From an uncultured Veillonellaceae bacterium (GTDB lineage Bacteria; Bacillota; Negativicutes; Selenomonadales; Selenomonadaceae), in contig ONJV01000023.1 of assembly GCA_900318215.1 (NCBI GenBank), forward strand, positions 1-40,492: 40,492 bases of DNA. Direction: 5' to 3'. Shown here piece after piece: positions 15,777-24,396 of this stretch. Both the position numbers and the translations under genes were made by a program. Position 1 is the stretch's first letter. Every line of letters starts with the position of its first letter. Below the pieces are notes generated by a model that saw only the letters and a list, made by a program, of their open reading frames with translations, was not told the DNA's origin and made no database searches.

Positions 15777-16000
15777 GTGCAACGCACCCCCTTCCGGGCC
15801 TGTTTCAGCTTGGTTAGGGCCGTGGCACGGACATTATATCATGTTTGTATCATGTGACGCTATACAAGATAAAATATTCACAAGGAAGAAACAACAGGAT
15901 TTTTCGTTATCATGTAGAATTTATAAGGAGTGGGACGGAACAATTCGTCCCGCACAGTTTGTATTTCCTTTTGAACACACAGACAAAGGGAGCGAGGAAG

Positions 16001-16414
16001 ATGCAGGAAGAAGAAGGCTTCGTGCTGGACAGCGCGGATGGCGTGGCGCATGTGCGCGTGGGACGCCATCGGGAATGCGTGAGCTGCGGGGCCTGCGGCG
16101 CGGCGCGGCAGGCCGTCGTGGAGGCGAAGGATGCCCTGGGGACCGCACCTGGCGACTTCGTGCGCTTCACGGTGCCGGAGCACTCCGTCGTGCTTGGCTC
16201 GCTGATTGTCTTCGCCGTGCCGCTCGTGCTCGCCGCCATCTTCGGCGTCCTCGGGGCGTACGTCGAAGGCGGCTTTGCGGCAGCCGACGGCACGATCGGC
16301 GGCCTTGCCGGGGCAGCGGTCGGGCTCGTGCTCGGCGGCTGCGTCGTGCGCTGGTTCGACCGCCGCGCGGCGCGGCAGGCACCGGAAATCATTGAAATCT
16401 TGAAACAGGGGTGA
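16001..16414 (+). CDS. rseC: RseC/MucC family protein
   Basis: EEGFV...RHRECVSCGAC motif and two C-terminal TMs; first gene of the rnf operon; ATG at 16001. Confidence 0.85.
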   Translation: MQEEEGFVLDSADGVAHVRVGRHRECVSCGACGAARQAVVEAKDALGTAPGDFVRFTVPEHSVVLGSLIVFAVPLVLAAIFGVLGAYVEGGFAAADGTIGGLAGAAVGLVLGGCVVRWFDRRAARQAPEIIEILKQG

Positions 16415-16419
16415 TGTTT

Positions 16420-17805
16420 ATGTTCCATCGGTTCTTCGGCGGCATCCATCCGCACGATGGCAAGGAGCTCGCGAAGGGCGCTCCCATCGAGACGATGCCG
16501 GCGCCCGATGTGGTGACGATCCCGCTTTCGCAGCACATCGGCGCGCCATGCAAGCCGTGCGTGAAAATCGGGGAAATGGTGAAGCGCGGCCAGAAAATCG
16601 CGACGACGGAGGCGTTTCTCCACGCCGACATCCATGCGTCGGTTTCGGGCAAAGTCAAGAAGTTCGAGAACGGCGCGATCGTCATCGAGAGCGATGGCGA
16701 GGATGCGTGGGCGGACGGCCTGCCGATCGACCGCGACTGGCATGCGATGACGAAAGACGAGCTGCTCGCGGCCGTCAAGGATGCCGGCATCGTTGGTATG
16801 GGCGGTGCGACGTTCCCGGCGTTTGTCAAGCTCGCGCCGAAAAAGCCCGTCGACGTGCTGATTCTCAACGGCGCGGAATGTGAGCCGTACCTCACGGCCG
16901 ATGACCGCCTCATGCGCGAGGAAGGGGACCGCGTCGCGGAAGGCGCGCGTATCCTCGCGAAAATCCTCGGCGTCAAACGCGCCGTCGTCGCCATCGAGGA
17001 CAACAAGCCCGAAGCGGCCGACGCCATGCGGGCGGCCGTGCAGAAGGCAGAAGCGACAGGCGCTGACGAGGGCCTCCCGAAAATCGAGGTCGCGCAGCTC
17101 CCGACGCGCTACCCGCAGGGCGCGGAAAAAATGCTCATTTATGCCATCACGGGGCGCGAAGTGCCGCTCGGCGGCCTGCCGATGGATGCGGGCACGGTCG
17201 TGCAGAACGTCGCGACGGCCGCGGCCATCTATGACGCCTGCGCCCACGGCATCCCGCTCATCGAGCGCATCACGACGGTTTCGGGCGACGCGATTGCGAC
17301 GCCGAAGAACCTGCGCGTGCGCATCGGCACGAGCTATCAGGCGGCCATCGACTACTGCGGCGGCTTTGTGGGGACCCCGGACAAAGTGCTCGCAGGCGGC
17401 CCGATGATGGGACGCGCGCAGGAACGCCTCGATGTCCCCATCACGAAGGGCTCGTCGGGCATCCTGGCTCTGACGCGCAAGCTCACGGAGCACGGTCCCG
17501 AGCTCCACTGCATCCGCTGCGGCCGCTGCGTGCAGGCGTGCCCGATGGGGCTCATTCCGAGCATGCTCTCGATCCTCGGCCAGCGCAAGGACGTCGCGCG
17601 CGCCCGCGATGACTACGGCGTCATGAACTGCGTCGAATGCGGCTGCTGCACGTACGTCTGCCCGGCGAAGCGCAACATCGTCCAGTACATCCGCGCGACG
17701 AAGGGCGCAGTCAAAGCCCTCGCGGCAAAGGAAAAAGCCAAGGCGGCAGCGCGCGAAGCGGCGGCCAAGGCCAAAGAAAACGCAAAGGAGGCGGCAAAGG
17801 CGTGA
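16420..17805 (+). CDS. rnfC: Rnf complex subunit C
   Basis: GGIHP, QHIGAP, GMGGATFP, NGAECEPYLTAD, CIRCGRCVQACP, CVECGCCTYVCP; start 16414 or 16420. Confidence 0.95.
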   Translation: MFHRFFGGIHPHDGKELAKGAPIETMPAPDVVTIPLSQHIGAPCKPCVKIGEMVKRGQKIATTEAFLHADIHASVSGKVKKFENGAIVIESDGEDAWADGLPIDRDWHAMTKDELLAAVKDAGIVGMGGATFPAFVKLAPKKPVDVLILNGAECEPYLTADDRLMREEGDRVAEGARILAKILGVKRAVVAIEDNKPEAADAMRAAVQKAEATGADEGLPKIEVAQLPTRYPQGAEKMLIYAITGREVPLGGLPMDAGTVVQNVATAAAIYDACAHGIPLIERITTVSGDAIATPKNLRVRIGTSYQAAIDYCGGFVGTPDKVLAGGPMMGRAQERLDVPITKGSSGILALTRKLTEHGPELHCIRCGRCVQACPMGLIPSMLSILGQRKDVARARDDYGVMNCVECGCCTYVCPAKRNIVQYIRATKGAVKALAAKEKAKAAAREAAAKAKENAKEAAKA

Positions 17806-18845
17806 GCGAAGAACAAGCAAAAGCAAAACCAGAACCAAAGCCGGAACTTATGTTCACGGTATCCTCGTCGCCGCACATCCGCGACGGCGAGACCGTCTCG
17901 CACATCATGTGGCAGGTCAATGCCGCGCTCGCTCCGGCGGCGCTGTTCGCGATTTATCATTTCGGTATTCCAGCACTCATCAATATGGTGGTTGGCATTA
18001 TCGCGGCTGTCGCGTCGGAGTACATCTGGCAGCGCGCCATGCATCAGCCGATTACCGCGTTTGACGGCAGCGCCTGCATCACGGGCTTGCTGCTCGCGAT
18101 GTCGATGTCGCCGATTCTGCCGCCCTGGATGGTCGCGATTGGCAGCGCCATCGCCATCATCATTGCGAAGCAGTCCATGGGCGGCCTCGGCTTCAACATC
18201 TTCAACCCCGCCCATATCGGCCGCGCGGCGCTCATGGTCTCGTGGCCGGTCGCGATGACGACGTGGACGACGCTCGGCGGCTCTGCCTCGGTCGACGCCA
18301 TGGCGACGGCGACGCCGCTCAACGTCCTCAAGATGCAGGGCTATGACGCCGTCGTCTCAATGTTCGGCGGCCAGGGGCAGATGTACCTCTCGATGTTCCT
18401 CGGCAACCGCAACGGCAGCCTCGGCGAGACGAGCACGGTGCTGCTGCTGCTCGGCGGCCTCTACCTCATTTACAAAGGCTACGTCAACTGGGTCGTGCCG
18501 GCCGTCATGCTTGCGACCGTCGCCGTGCTGACCTGGGTGTTTGGCCCGGCCGGCCTCTTCACGGGCGACCCGATTTTCCACCTCATGGCGGGCGGCCTCA
18601 TGCTCGGCGCGTTCTTCATGGCGACGGACATGGTCACGATCCCGATGACAGTGAAAGGCCAGGTCATCTTCGCGGCGGGCGCGGGGGCTCTCACGGTCCT
18701 CATCCGCCTGCTCGGCGGCTATCCGGAGGGCGTCTGCTATGCGCTGCTGCTCATGAACGCCGTCACGCCGCTCATCGACCGCTTCGTGAAGCCGCGCATG
18801 TTCGGCGAACTGCCGAAGAAAGCGAAAGGGGGCGCGGCGAAATGA
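17802..18845 (+). CDS. rnfD: Rnf complex subunit D
   Basis: SSSPH, GGLGFNIFNPA, flavinylation site TATPL, FFMATDMVT, YPEGV; GTG start overlaps the rnfC stop. Confidence 0.93.
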   Translation: MSEEQAKAKPEPKPELMFTVSSSPHIRDGETVSHIMWQVNAALAPAALFAIYHFGIPALINMVVGIIAAVASEYIWQRAMHQPITAFDGSACITGLLLAMSMSPILPPWMVAIGSAIAIIIAKQSMGGLGFNIFNPAHIGRAALMVSWPVAMTTWTTLGGSASVDAMATATPLNVLKMQGYDAVVSMFGGQGQMYLSMFLGNRNGSLGETSTVLLLLGGLYLIYKGYVNWVVPAVMLATVAVLTWVFGPAGLFTGDPIFHLMAGGLMLGAFFMATDMVTIPMTVKGQVIFAAGAGALTVLIRLLGGYPEGVCYALLLMNAVTPLIDRFVKPRMFGELPKKAKGGAAK

Positions 18846-19411
18846 GCGAATCGAAAGAACCTAAAAACAGCATTGTCAAAATCGCCACGAACCTCATGGC
18901 GGCCTGCTTCATCTCGGGCCTCGTCATCGGCGCCGTCTATTTCGTCACGGCGCCCGTCGCCGCGCAGAAAGCCGTCGAGCGCAAGGAAGTCTCGATGCGC
19001 GAACTCATCCCCGACGCCGACCATTTCACCGAAGTCAGCGGCCAGGACGGCTGGTACCGCGCCGAAAAGAGCGGCGAGGCCGTCGGCTACATTGTGCCCG
19101 CGCACACGAAGGGCTATGGCGGCGACATCAAGTTGCTCGTCGCCGTGACGCCGGACGCGCACGTCATCGACTACAAGATTCTCGCGCACAACGAGACGCC
19201 GGGCCTCGGCGACAACGCCAGCAAGGAGCCGTTCCGCGCGAAGCTGCGCGGCAAGGGCGCTGACCATCTCGAAGTCACAAAGGACAAGAACAACACGGAA
19301 GACGTGCAGGCCATGACAGGCGCGACCATTTCCTCGCGCGCCGTCACGCGCGGCGTCAAGAGCGCCGTGACCGCCGTCTCCGACTACCTCGCGGAAGGGG
19401 GCGCTAAATAA
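18842..19411 (+). CDS. rnfG: Rnf complex subunit G
   Basis: GYGG, HNETPGLG, FMN site TGATISS. Confidence 0.94.
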   Translation: MSESKEPKNSIVKIATNLMAACFISGLVIGAVYFVTAPVAAQKAVERKEVSMRELIPDADHFTEVSGQDGWYRAEKSGEAVGYIVPAHTKGYGGDIKLLVAVTPDAHVIDYKILAHNETPGLGDNASKEPFRAKLRGKGADHLEVTKDKNNTEDVQAMTGATISSRAVTRGVKSAVTAVSDYLAEGGAK

Positions 19412-20088
19412 TGGAACAGAAAAGCCTCTGGCAGATTTTCAGCAAAGGACTCCTCGCAGAAAACCCGATCTTCATCCTCGCGCTCTCGCTCTGCCCGGCA
19501 CTCGCCGTCACGACGACCGTCATCAACGGCCTCACGATGGGCCTGACCGTCACGTTCGTCATCACGACGAACAACGTCGTCGTCAGTCTCGTGCGCCGCT
19601 GGGTGAATCCGAAAGTCCGCGTGCCGGTCTACATCACGAGCATCGCGACGATTGTCACCGTCGCCCAGCTCGTGCTGCAGGCGTATTTCCCCGACCTCTA
19701 TGACGCGCTCGGCATCTACCTTGCGCTCGTCGTCGTTTTCGCCATCATCCTCGCGCGCGCCGAAGTCTTCGCCTCGAAGCATGGCGTCGTCGAGTCGTTC
19801 TGCGACGGCTTCGGCATGGGCTGCGGCTTCACGCTCGCCATGCTCGCCATCTCGGCCATCCGTGAAATCCTCGGCTCCGGCACGTTCCTCGGCATGCCCG
19901 TCTTTGGGGCCGGCTACCAGCCCATGCTCATGATGGTGCTGCCGCCCGGCGCTTTCATGCTGATTGGCTACCTCGTCGCCGCGACGAAGACGTGGAACCA
20001 TCACAAAGAACAGCAGCGCGCCAAAGCTGCGCGCGTCGCGGCCGCAAAAGCAGCCGCAACGGCAACTGCGAAAGGAGGGGATGAATGA
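19411..20088 (+). CDS. rnfE: Rnf complex subunit E
   Basis: ENP...LCPALAVT, REILGSG, LPPGAF. Confidence 0.94.
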   Translation: MEQKSLWQIFSKGLLAENPIFILALSLCPALAVTTTVINGLTMGLTVTFVITTNNVVVSLVRRWVNPKVRVPVYITSIATIVTVAQLVLQAYFPDLYDALGIYLALVVVFAIILARAEVFASKHGVVESFCDGFGMGCGFTLAMLAISAIREILGSGTFLGMPVFGAGYQPMLMMVLPPGAFMLIGYLVAATKTWNHHKEQQRAKAARVAAAKAAATATAKGGDE

Positions 20089-20663
20089 TGGGTGAATATC
20101 TCGCGCTCTTCATCAGCGCCGTCGTCATCAACAACTTCGTCCTCACGAAATTCCTCGGCCTCTGCATCTTCTTCGGCATTTCGAAGAACCTCAGCGCCTC
20201 GGCCGGCATGGGCGTCGCCGTCACGGCTGTCATGACCATGAGTTCCATCCTCGCCTGGATCGTCTACAACTTCATCCTCGCGCCGCTTGGGCTCACGTTC
20301 CTCACGACCATCGTCTTCGTCATTTTGACCGCGAGCTTCGTGCAGCTCCTCGAGCTCATCATCAAGAAGGAAGCCCCGACGCTCTACAACATGTGGGGCA
20401 TCTACCTGCTGCTCATCGCGACGAACTGCATCGTGCTCGCCGTGCCGCTCCTGAACGTCGAGAACAGCTACAGCCTCCTGAAGTCCATCGTCTTTGCGAT
20501 TGGCTCCGGCCTCGGCTTTGCGCTCGCCATCGTGCTCATGGCAAGCCTGCGCGAAAAGCTCGCTTACGCTGACGTGCCGAAGCCGCTCGAAGGCATCGGC
20601 ATCGCGTTCCTGCTCGCCGGCATGCTCTCGCTCGCGTTCCTCGGTTTCTCGGGCATGATGTAA
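20085..20663 (+). CDS. rnfA: Rnf complex subunit A
   Basis: NNFVLTKFLGLC, LIATNC, LAFLGFSG. Confidence 0.95.
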   Translation: MMGEYLALFISAVVINNFVLTKFLGLCIFFGISKNLSASAGMGVAVTAVMTMSSILAWIVYNFILAPLGLTFLTTIVFVILTASFVQLLELIIKKEAPTLYNMWGIYLLLIATNCIVLAVPLLNVENSYSLLKSIVFAIGSGLGFALAIVLMASLREKLAYADVPKPLEGIGIAFLLAGMLSLAFLGFSGMM

Positions 20664-20678
20664 AGGAGGCTGTGAAAA

Positions 20679-21494
20679 GTGACAACTGCAGAAACATCCA
20701 TCGCCATCCTCGTCGTGCTCGTCGGCGTCGGCGCGTTCTTCGGCATCGTGCTCGCGCTCGCGGACAAGAAGTTCTACATGCAGCAGAACCCGCTGATCGG
20801 CGAAGTCGAGGACATCCTGCCAAAAGGCCAGTGCGGCGCCTGCGGCTTCGCGGGCTGTGCGAAATACGCCGAAGCCGTCGTCGAAAATCCCGACGTCCCG
20901 CCCAATCTCTGCGTGCCCGGCAAGGCCGCTGTCGCGGCCAAAGTTGCCGAGCTCACAGGAAAGAGCGCGGGCTCTGTCGAAGAGCGCAAGGCGCACGTCC
21001 TCTGCCAGGGTGGCTGTAACGCGAAACCTGCCGCGCGCTACGAAGGCGTGCAGGACTGCGCGGCCGCCAAGCTCGCCTCAGGCGGACCGAACGCCTGCAA
21101 GTACGGCTGCCTCGGCTTTGGCACCTGCGTCAAGGCGTGCCCTTTCGACGCGCTCCACATGGGCGAAAACGGCCTGCCCGTCGTCGATACCTACGCCTGC
21201 ACGGGCTGCGGCAAATGCCAGGAGACCTGCCCGCAGGGCGTCATGACGCTCCTGCCGGTCACGGCCCCCGTCGCCGTGCACTGCCAGTCCCACGCCAAAG
21301 GCCCGGCCGCCAAGAAAGCCTGCCCGAACGCCTGCCTCGGCTGCGGCCTCTGCATGCGCAGCTGCCCGCACGGCGCCATCAAGATCGAAAACTTCCTCGC
21401 CGTCGTCGATCCCGCCGTCTGCAAGGCCAGCGGCTGCACCGAAAAGACCTGCCTCGCCAAGTGCCCGACAGGAGCGATTCGGGAAGCGGTGTGA
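20679..21494 (+). CDS. rnfB: Rnf complex subunit B
   Basis: LPKGQCGACGFAGC, CKYGCLGFGTCVKACPF, CTGCGKC, CLGCGLC. Confidence 0.94.
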   Translation: MTTAETSIAILVVLVGVGAFFGIVLALADKKFYMQQNPLIGEVEDILPKGQCGACGFAGCAKYAEAVVENPDVPPNLCVPGKAAVAAKVAELTGKSAGSVEERKAHVLCQGGCNAKPAARYEGVQDCAAAKLASGGPNACKYGCLGFGTCVKACPFDALHMGENGLPVVDTYACTGCGKCQETCPQGVMTLLPVTAPVAVHCQSHAKGPAAKKACPNACLGCGLCMRSCPHGAIKIENFLAVVDPAVCKASGCTEKTCLAKCPTGAIREAV

Positions 21495-21512
21495 TATTTC
21501 TAAACATTGGAA

Positions 21513-21553
21513 TGGGAGTCGTTGCGTAAAAAACGCGGCGGCTCCCGTTTTTT
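21513..21553 (+). terminator. Terminator of the rnf operon
   Basis: GGGAGTCGTTGCGT...ACGCGGCGGCTCCC followed by GTTTTTT. Confidence 0.8.
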
Positions 21554-21609
21554 CTTGCGGCAATCTTTTTTTCACGTTACAATGAAAGCAATCGAACGGA
21601 GGGAATCAA

Positions 21610-22629
21610 ATGGCGGACAAGGAAATCCAGTTTTTGATGTATCAGGCAGAAGAAGAAAAAATCTCTGTCAACGCGGTTATCAAAGATGAAAATATCTGGC
21701 TGACGCAAAAAGCGATGGCGGAGTTGTTTGGCTGTTCCATCAGCAATATTTCAGTGCATTTGCGGAATGTCTATGATGAAGGTGAATTATTGATAGAATC
21801 AACTATTGAAGAAATTTCAATAGTTGCCACAGAAGGACAAAGGTCTGTCAAGAGGAAACAGACTTTCTACAATCTCGACGCCATCATCTCCGTCGGCTAT
21901 CGTGTGAATTCCAAGCGTGCCACGCAATTCCGGATCTGGGCGACGAAGGTGCTCAAGGAATACATGCTGAAAGGTTTCGTCCTCGATGACGATCGTTTGA
22001 AGCAGGGCAAGACGGCATTCGGCAAAGATTATTTCCGCGAACTCTTGGAGCGGGTACGCTCCATCCGCGCCAGCGAGCGGCGTATCTGGCAGCAGATTAC
22101 CGATATTTTTGCGGAGTGCAGCATCGATTACGACAAGCATTCTGACGAAGCGCGTCGTTTCTATGCAATGGTGCAGAACAAATTCCATTTCGCCATCGCA
22201 GGCGAGACGGCAGCGGAAATCATCTATCATCGCGCTGACCGCACAAAGGAACACATGGGACTCACGACGTGGAAGAACTCGCCGGATGGGCGCATCCTGA
22301 GATCCGATGTCACAGTTGCGAAAAACTACCTGAACGAAGCGCAGATTCGCAAGCTCGAACGCGCAGTCACCGGCTATTTTGATTACATCGAAGACCTCAT
22401 CGAAAACGAACAGGCATTCACGATGGAGCAGTTCGCTGCAAGCGTCAATGCGTTTTTGGAGTTCCGTCGCTATCAGATTTTGACAGGCAACGGCAGCGTA
22501 TCAAAGAAACAGGCAGATGCCAAGGCGATTGAAGAATACAACGAGTTCAACAAGCACCAGAAAATCGAATCGGACTTCGATCGCGAAGTGAAAAAAATGT
22601 TGAGTCAGGGAAGCGATAGAATGAGGTAA
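21610..22629 (+). CDS. Virulence RhuM family protein
   Basis: IWLTQKAMAELF, YNLDAIISVGYRVNSKRATQFRIWAT, KGFVLDDDRLK, IRASERR, MGLTTWK, AKNYL. Confidence 0.9.
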   Translation: MADKEIQFLMYQAEEEKISVNAVIKDENIWLTQKAMAELFGCSISNISVHLRNVYDEGELLIESTIEEISIVATEGQRSVKRKQTFYNLDAIISVGYRVNSKRATQFRIWATKVLKEYMLKGFVLDDDRLKQGKTAFGKDYFRELLERVRSIRASERRIWQQITDIFAECSIDYDKHSDEARRFYAMVQNKFHFAIAGETAAEIIYHRADRTKEHMGLTTWKNSPDGRILRSDVTVAKNYLNEAQIRKLERAVTGYFDYIEDLIENEQAFTMEQFAASVNAFLEFRRYQILTGNGSVSKKQADAKAIEEYNEFNKHQKIESDFDREVKKMLSQGSDRMR

Positions 22630-22699
22630 ACCGCCTTGCACGAGGCATGCTTTCACGATAAAATAAAGGCAAAAGCGAAACAGAAGGCAGGCGAAAAAC

Positions 22700-22960
22700 A
22701 TGATGTACCCATTCCTGACGCTCGATGATGAGACGGAAATCGTCCATTCGGACATGCTTCCCGACCATCGTGTCAAAGTCTATGTGGAAAAACCTGACGA
22801 AAACGACGGATTCCATCATATGACGTGCTACCTGCCGTCCTATGAAATTACGGAAATTTCAGGATTTACAAGAGACGAAGTCCAGCGGTATCTCGACATC
22901 ATTCGCTCGACATATCAAGCGGGCAATGAGGGTGTACGCCTAAAAACATTTGCAAAGTAA
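22700..22960 (+). CDS. Small hypothetical protein of the type usually upstream of DUF4160 genes; 3' end possibly replaced
   Basis: MMYPFLTLDDETEIVHS...VKVYVEKPD...CYLPSY...GFT; own promoter at 22636-22664. Confidence 0.65.
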   Translation: MMYPFLTLDDETEIVHSDMLPDHRVKVYVEKPDENDGFHHMTCYLPSYEITEISGFTRDEVQRYLDIIRSTYQAGNEGVRLKTFAK

Positions 22961-22978
22961 ACTTTTAGGCATTGAAGC

Positions 22979-23707
22979 CTAAAAATTGAATGCATCTGAT
23001 GTATGCGTCAGTTCACTCCATCGTGTGGCAAGCAGTTTGGCATAGTCAAGATAGAAAAGCCCATAGTTACCAAGAGAGAACCCATCATTCACTTCAATCA
23101 AGAGTGTTCGCTCATCTTTTGTTAGGCCGAAATCAATGCCATAGGCTTTTGGTGCACTGGCATATGAAGAAACGGCAGCTTCGACAATATTCGGATCAAG
23201 GGATTTTCTCCAATCGCCTTTGTAATGACGAACATCGAGGATATGACCGTATCGAACAAAGCAACGCCATTCTGTTACGAAATCTACAGGATTGCTGCAC
23301 CAGACATCTTGATCGCTGTTCCACATGCCACAACCAATCAAATCTTTCGGGGAACGGATGGTTCGTCCCGTAATCCGCTTGTCCTTGACAGATTTTACGA
23401 AGACCGGCCAAAGTTCGGGATGCGTGTTGATGGTATTGATAGTGGAATGCCAGACATTTCGACCAAGATACGCTGACAGTTCTTCTGGGTAATCAAGGTC
23501 AGGAATCTCAATTCCGAACTCGTGAAGACGTTGTGTAACAGTTCCAACATAGCCGACGACAACATCTTCAGGATAGCTCTCTCGTAATTCTTCGGGTGTG
23601 TAGAAAAATATGATTTCAGCGCCCATTTCCATAAAACCGCAGTAGGCGATAAAAAAGTCACGATCCAACGGGACGTGATGCTTGTCGGACTGAATGTATA
23701 CTTTCAT
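22979..23707 (-). CDS. ATP-grasp domain protein, R2K-like clade
   Basis: DYPEEL..YLGR, PVFVK, EWRCFV, YGIDFG, LLIEVNDGFSLG; RBS GGAGG before ATG at 23707. Confidence 0.8.
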   Translation of the reverse strand: MKVYIQSDKHHVPLDRDFFIAYCGFMEMGAEIIFFYTPEELRESYPEDVVVGYVGTVTQRLHEFGIEIPDLDYPEELSAYLGRNVWHSTINTINTHPELWPVFVKSVKDKRITGRTIRSPKDLIGCGMWNSDQDVWCSNPVDFVTEWRCFVRYGHILDVRHYKGDWRKSLDPNIVEAAVSSYASAPKAYGIDFGLTKDERTLLIEVNDGFSLGNYGLFYLDYAKLLATRWSELTHTSDAFNF

Positions 23708-23833
23708 AGTGGTACCTCCCGATTTAAGTAGCATATCCAACGTTTCTTCCATGGTACATCCATGTGTGCGGTTGTGCAAGGTTGGCATTCACGATAAAAT
23801 AAAAAAGAGCAACGTCAAGCGGAGGGAGTTGGC

Positions 23834-24106
23834 ATGATGCTGTACTCGAAAATATTCACGAAAAAAGGCACGATCGAAATCCATGTCGTACGGCAGTACG
23901 AAGACCGTGACGGTGGCGATAATCTCATTGTCCATGTCGAATGCGCCGAAGACCGCGAGCGCCAGTCCGACTGGCGTCTGCCTGACATCTATTGTACGCA
24001 CTCTTATGGTTTCACCGAAGATGAGCAGTTCCAGATGGAAGATTATCTTCGCAACAACGAAGCTATCATCTGGGACGATTGGCGGGAGGCGAGGAAAGAT
24101 GCCTGA
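23834..24106 (+). CDS. Small acidic hypothetical protein coupled to DUF4160 (antitoxin-like)
   Basis: RBS GGAGGGAG; stop overlaps the start of the next gene (ATGCCTGA). Confidence 0.72.
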   Translation: MMLYSKIFTKKGTIEIHVVRQYEDRDGGDNLIVHVECAEDRERQSDWRLPDIYCTHSYGFTEDEQFQMEDYLRNNEAIIWDDWREARKDA

Positions 24107-24368
24107 AGCACTCGAATCGTATCTCGGCTACTATATTTATTTCTGGATTGGCGATGGCGCGGAACCTGTGCATGTCCACGTCGCGAAAAAGCAACAGCCA
24201 GACGCAACAAAATTTTGGATTACGACGGAATCCGTCGAGCTTGCGAGAGACACGGGCTCGGTTGATTCAAAGGACATGAAACGAATCTTGCGTTATTTGC
24301 GCAGGAACCGACAGCAAATCATTGCACGGTGGCTGTCACGGTTCGGTTCAGCGAATGTAAAGAGATGA
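24099..24368 (+). CDS. DUF4160 domain protein
   Basis: GYYIYFW...EPVHVHV...ATKFWI...IIARW..RFG pattern; basic C-terminus. Confidence 0.8.
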   Translation: MPEALESYLGYYIYFWIGDGAEPVHVHVAKKQQPDATKFWITTESVELARDTGSVDSKDMKRILRYLRRNRQQIIARWLSRFGSANVKR

Positions 24369-24396
24369 ATTTGATCCAAAAATGGGAGTGATATTT

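Noticed and set aside
15866-15883. Possible Rex operator before rnf (AAGATAAAATATTCACAA)
   Set aside because: Only the right half matches TTGTGAA-N4-TTCACAA, which is too weak to call
21789-21803. 15-nt identity ATTGATAGAATCAAC between rhuM and the marR leader (36245-36259)
   Set aside because: One 15-mer match is roughly expected by chance in 40 kb, and this copy is inside a coding region
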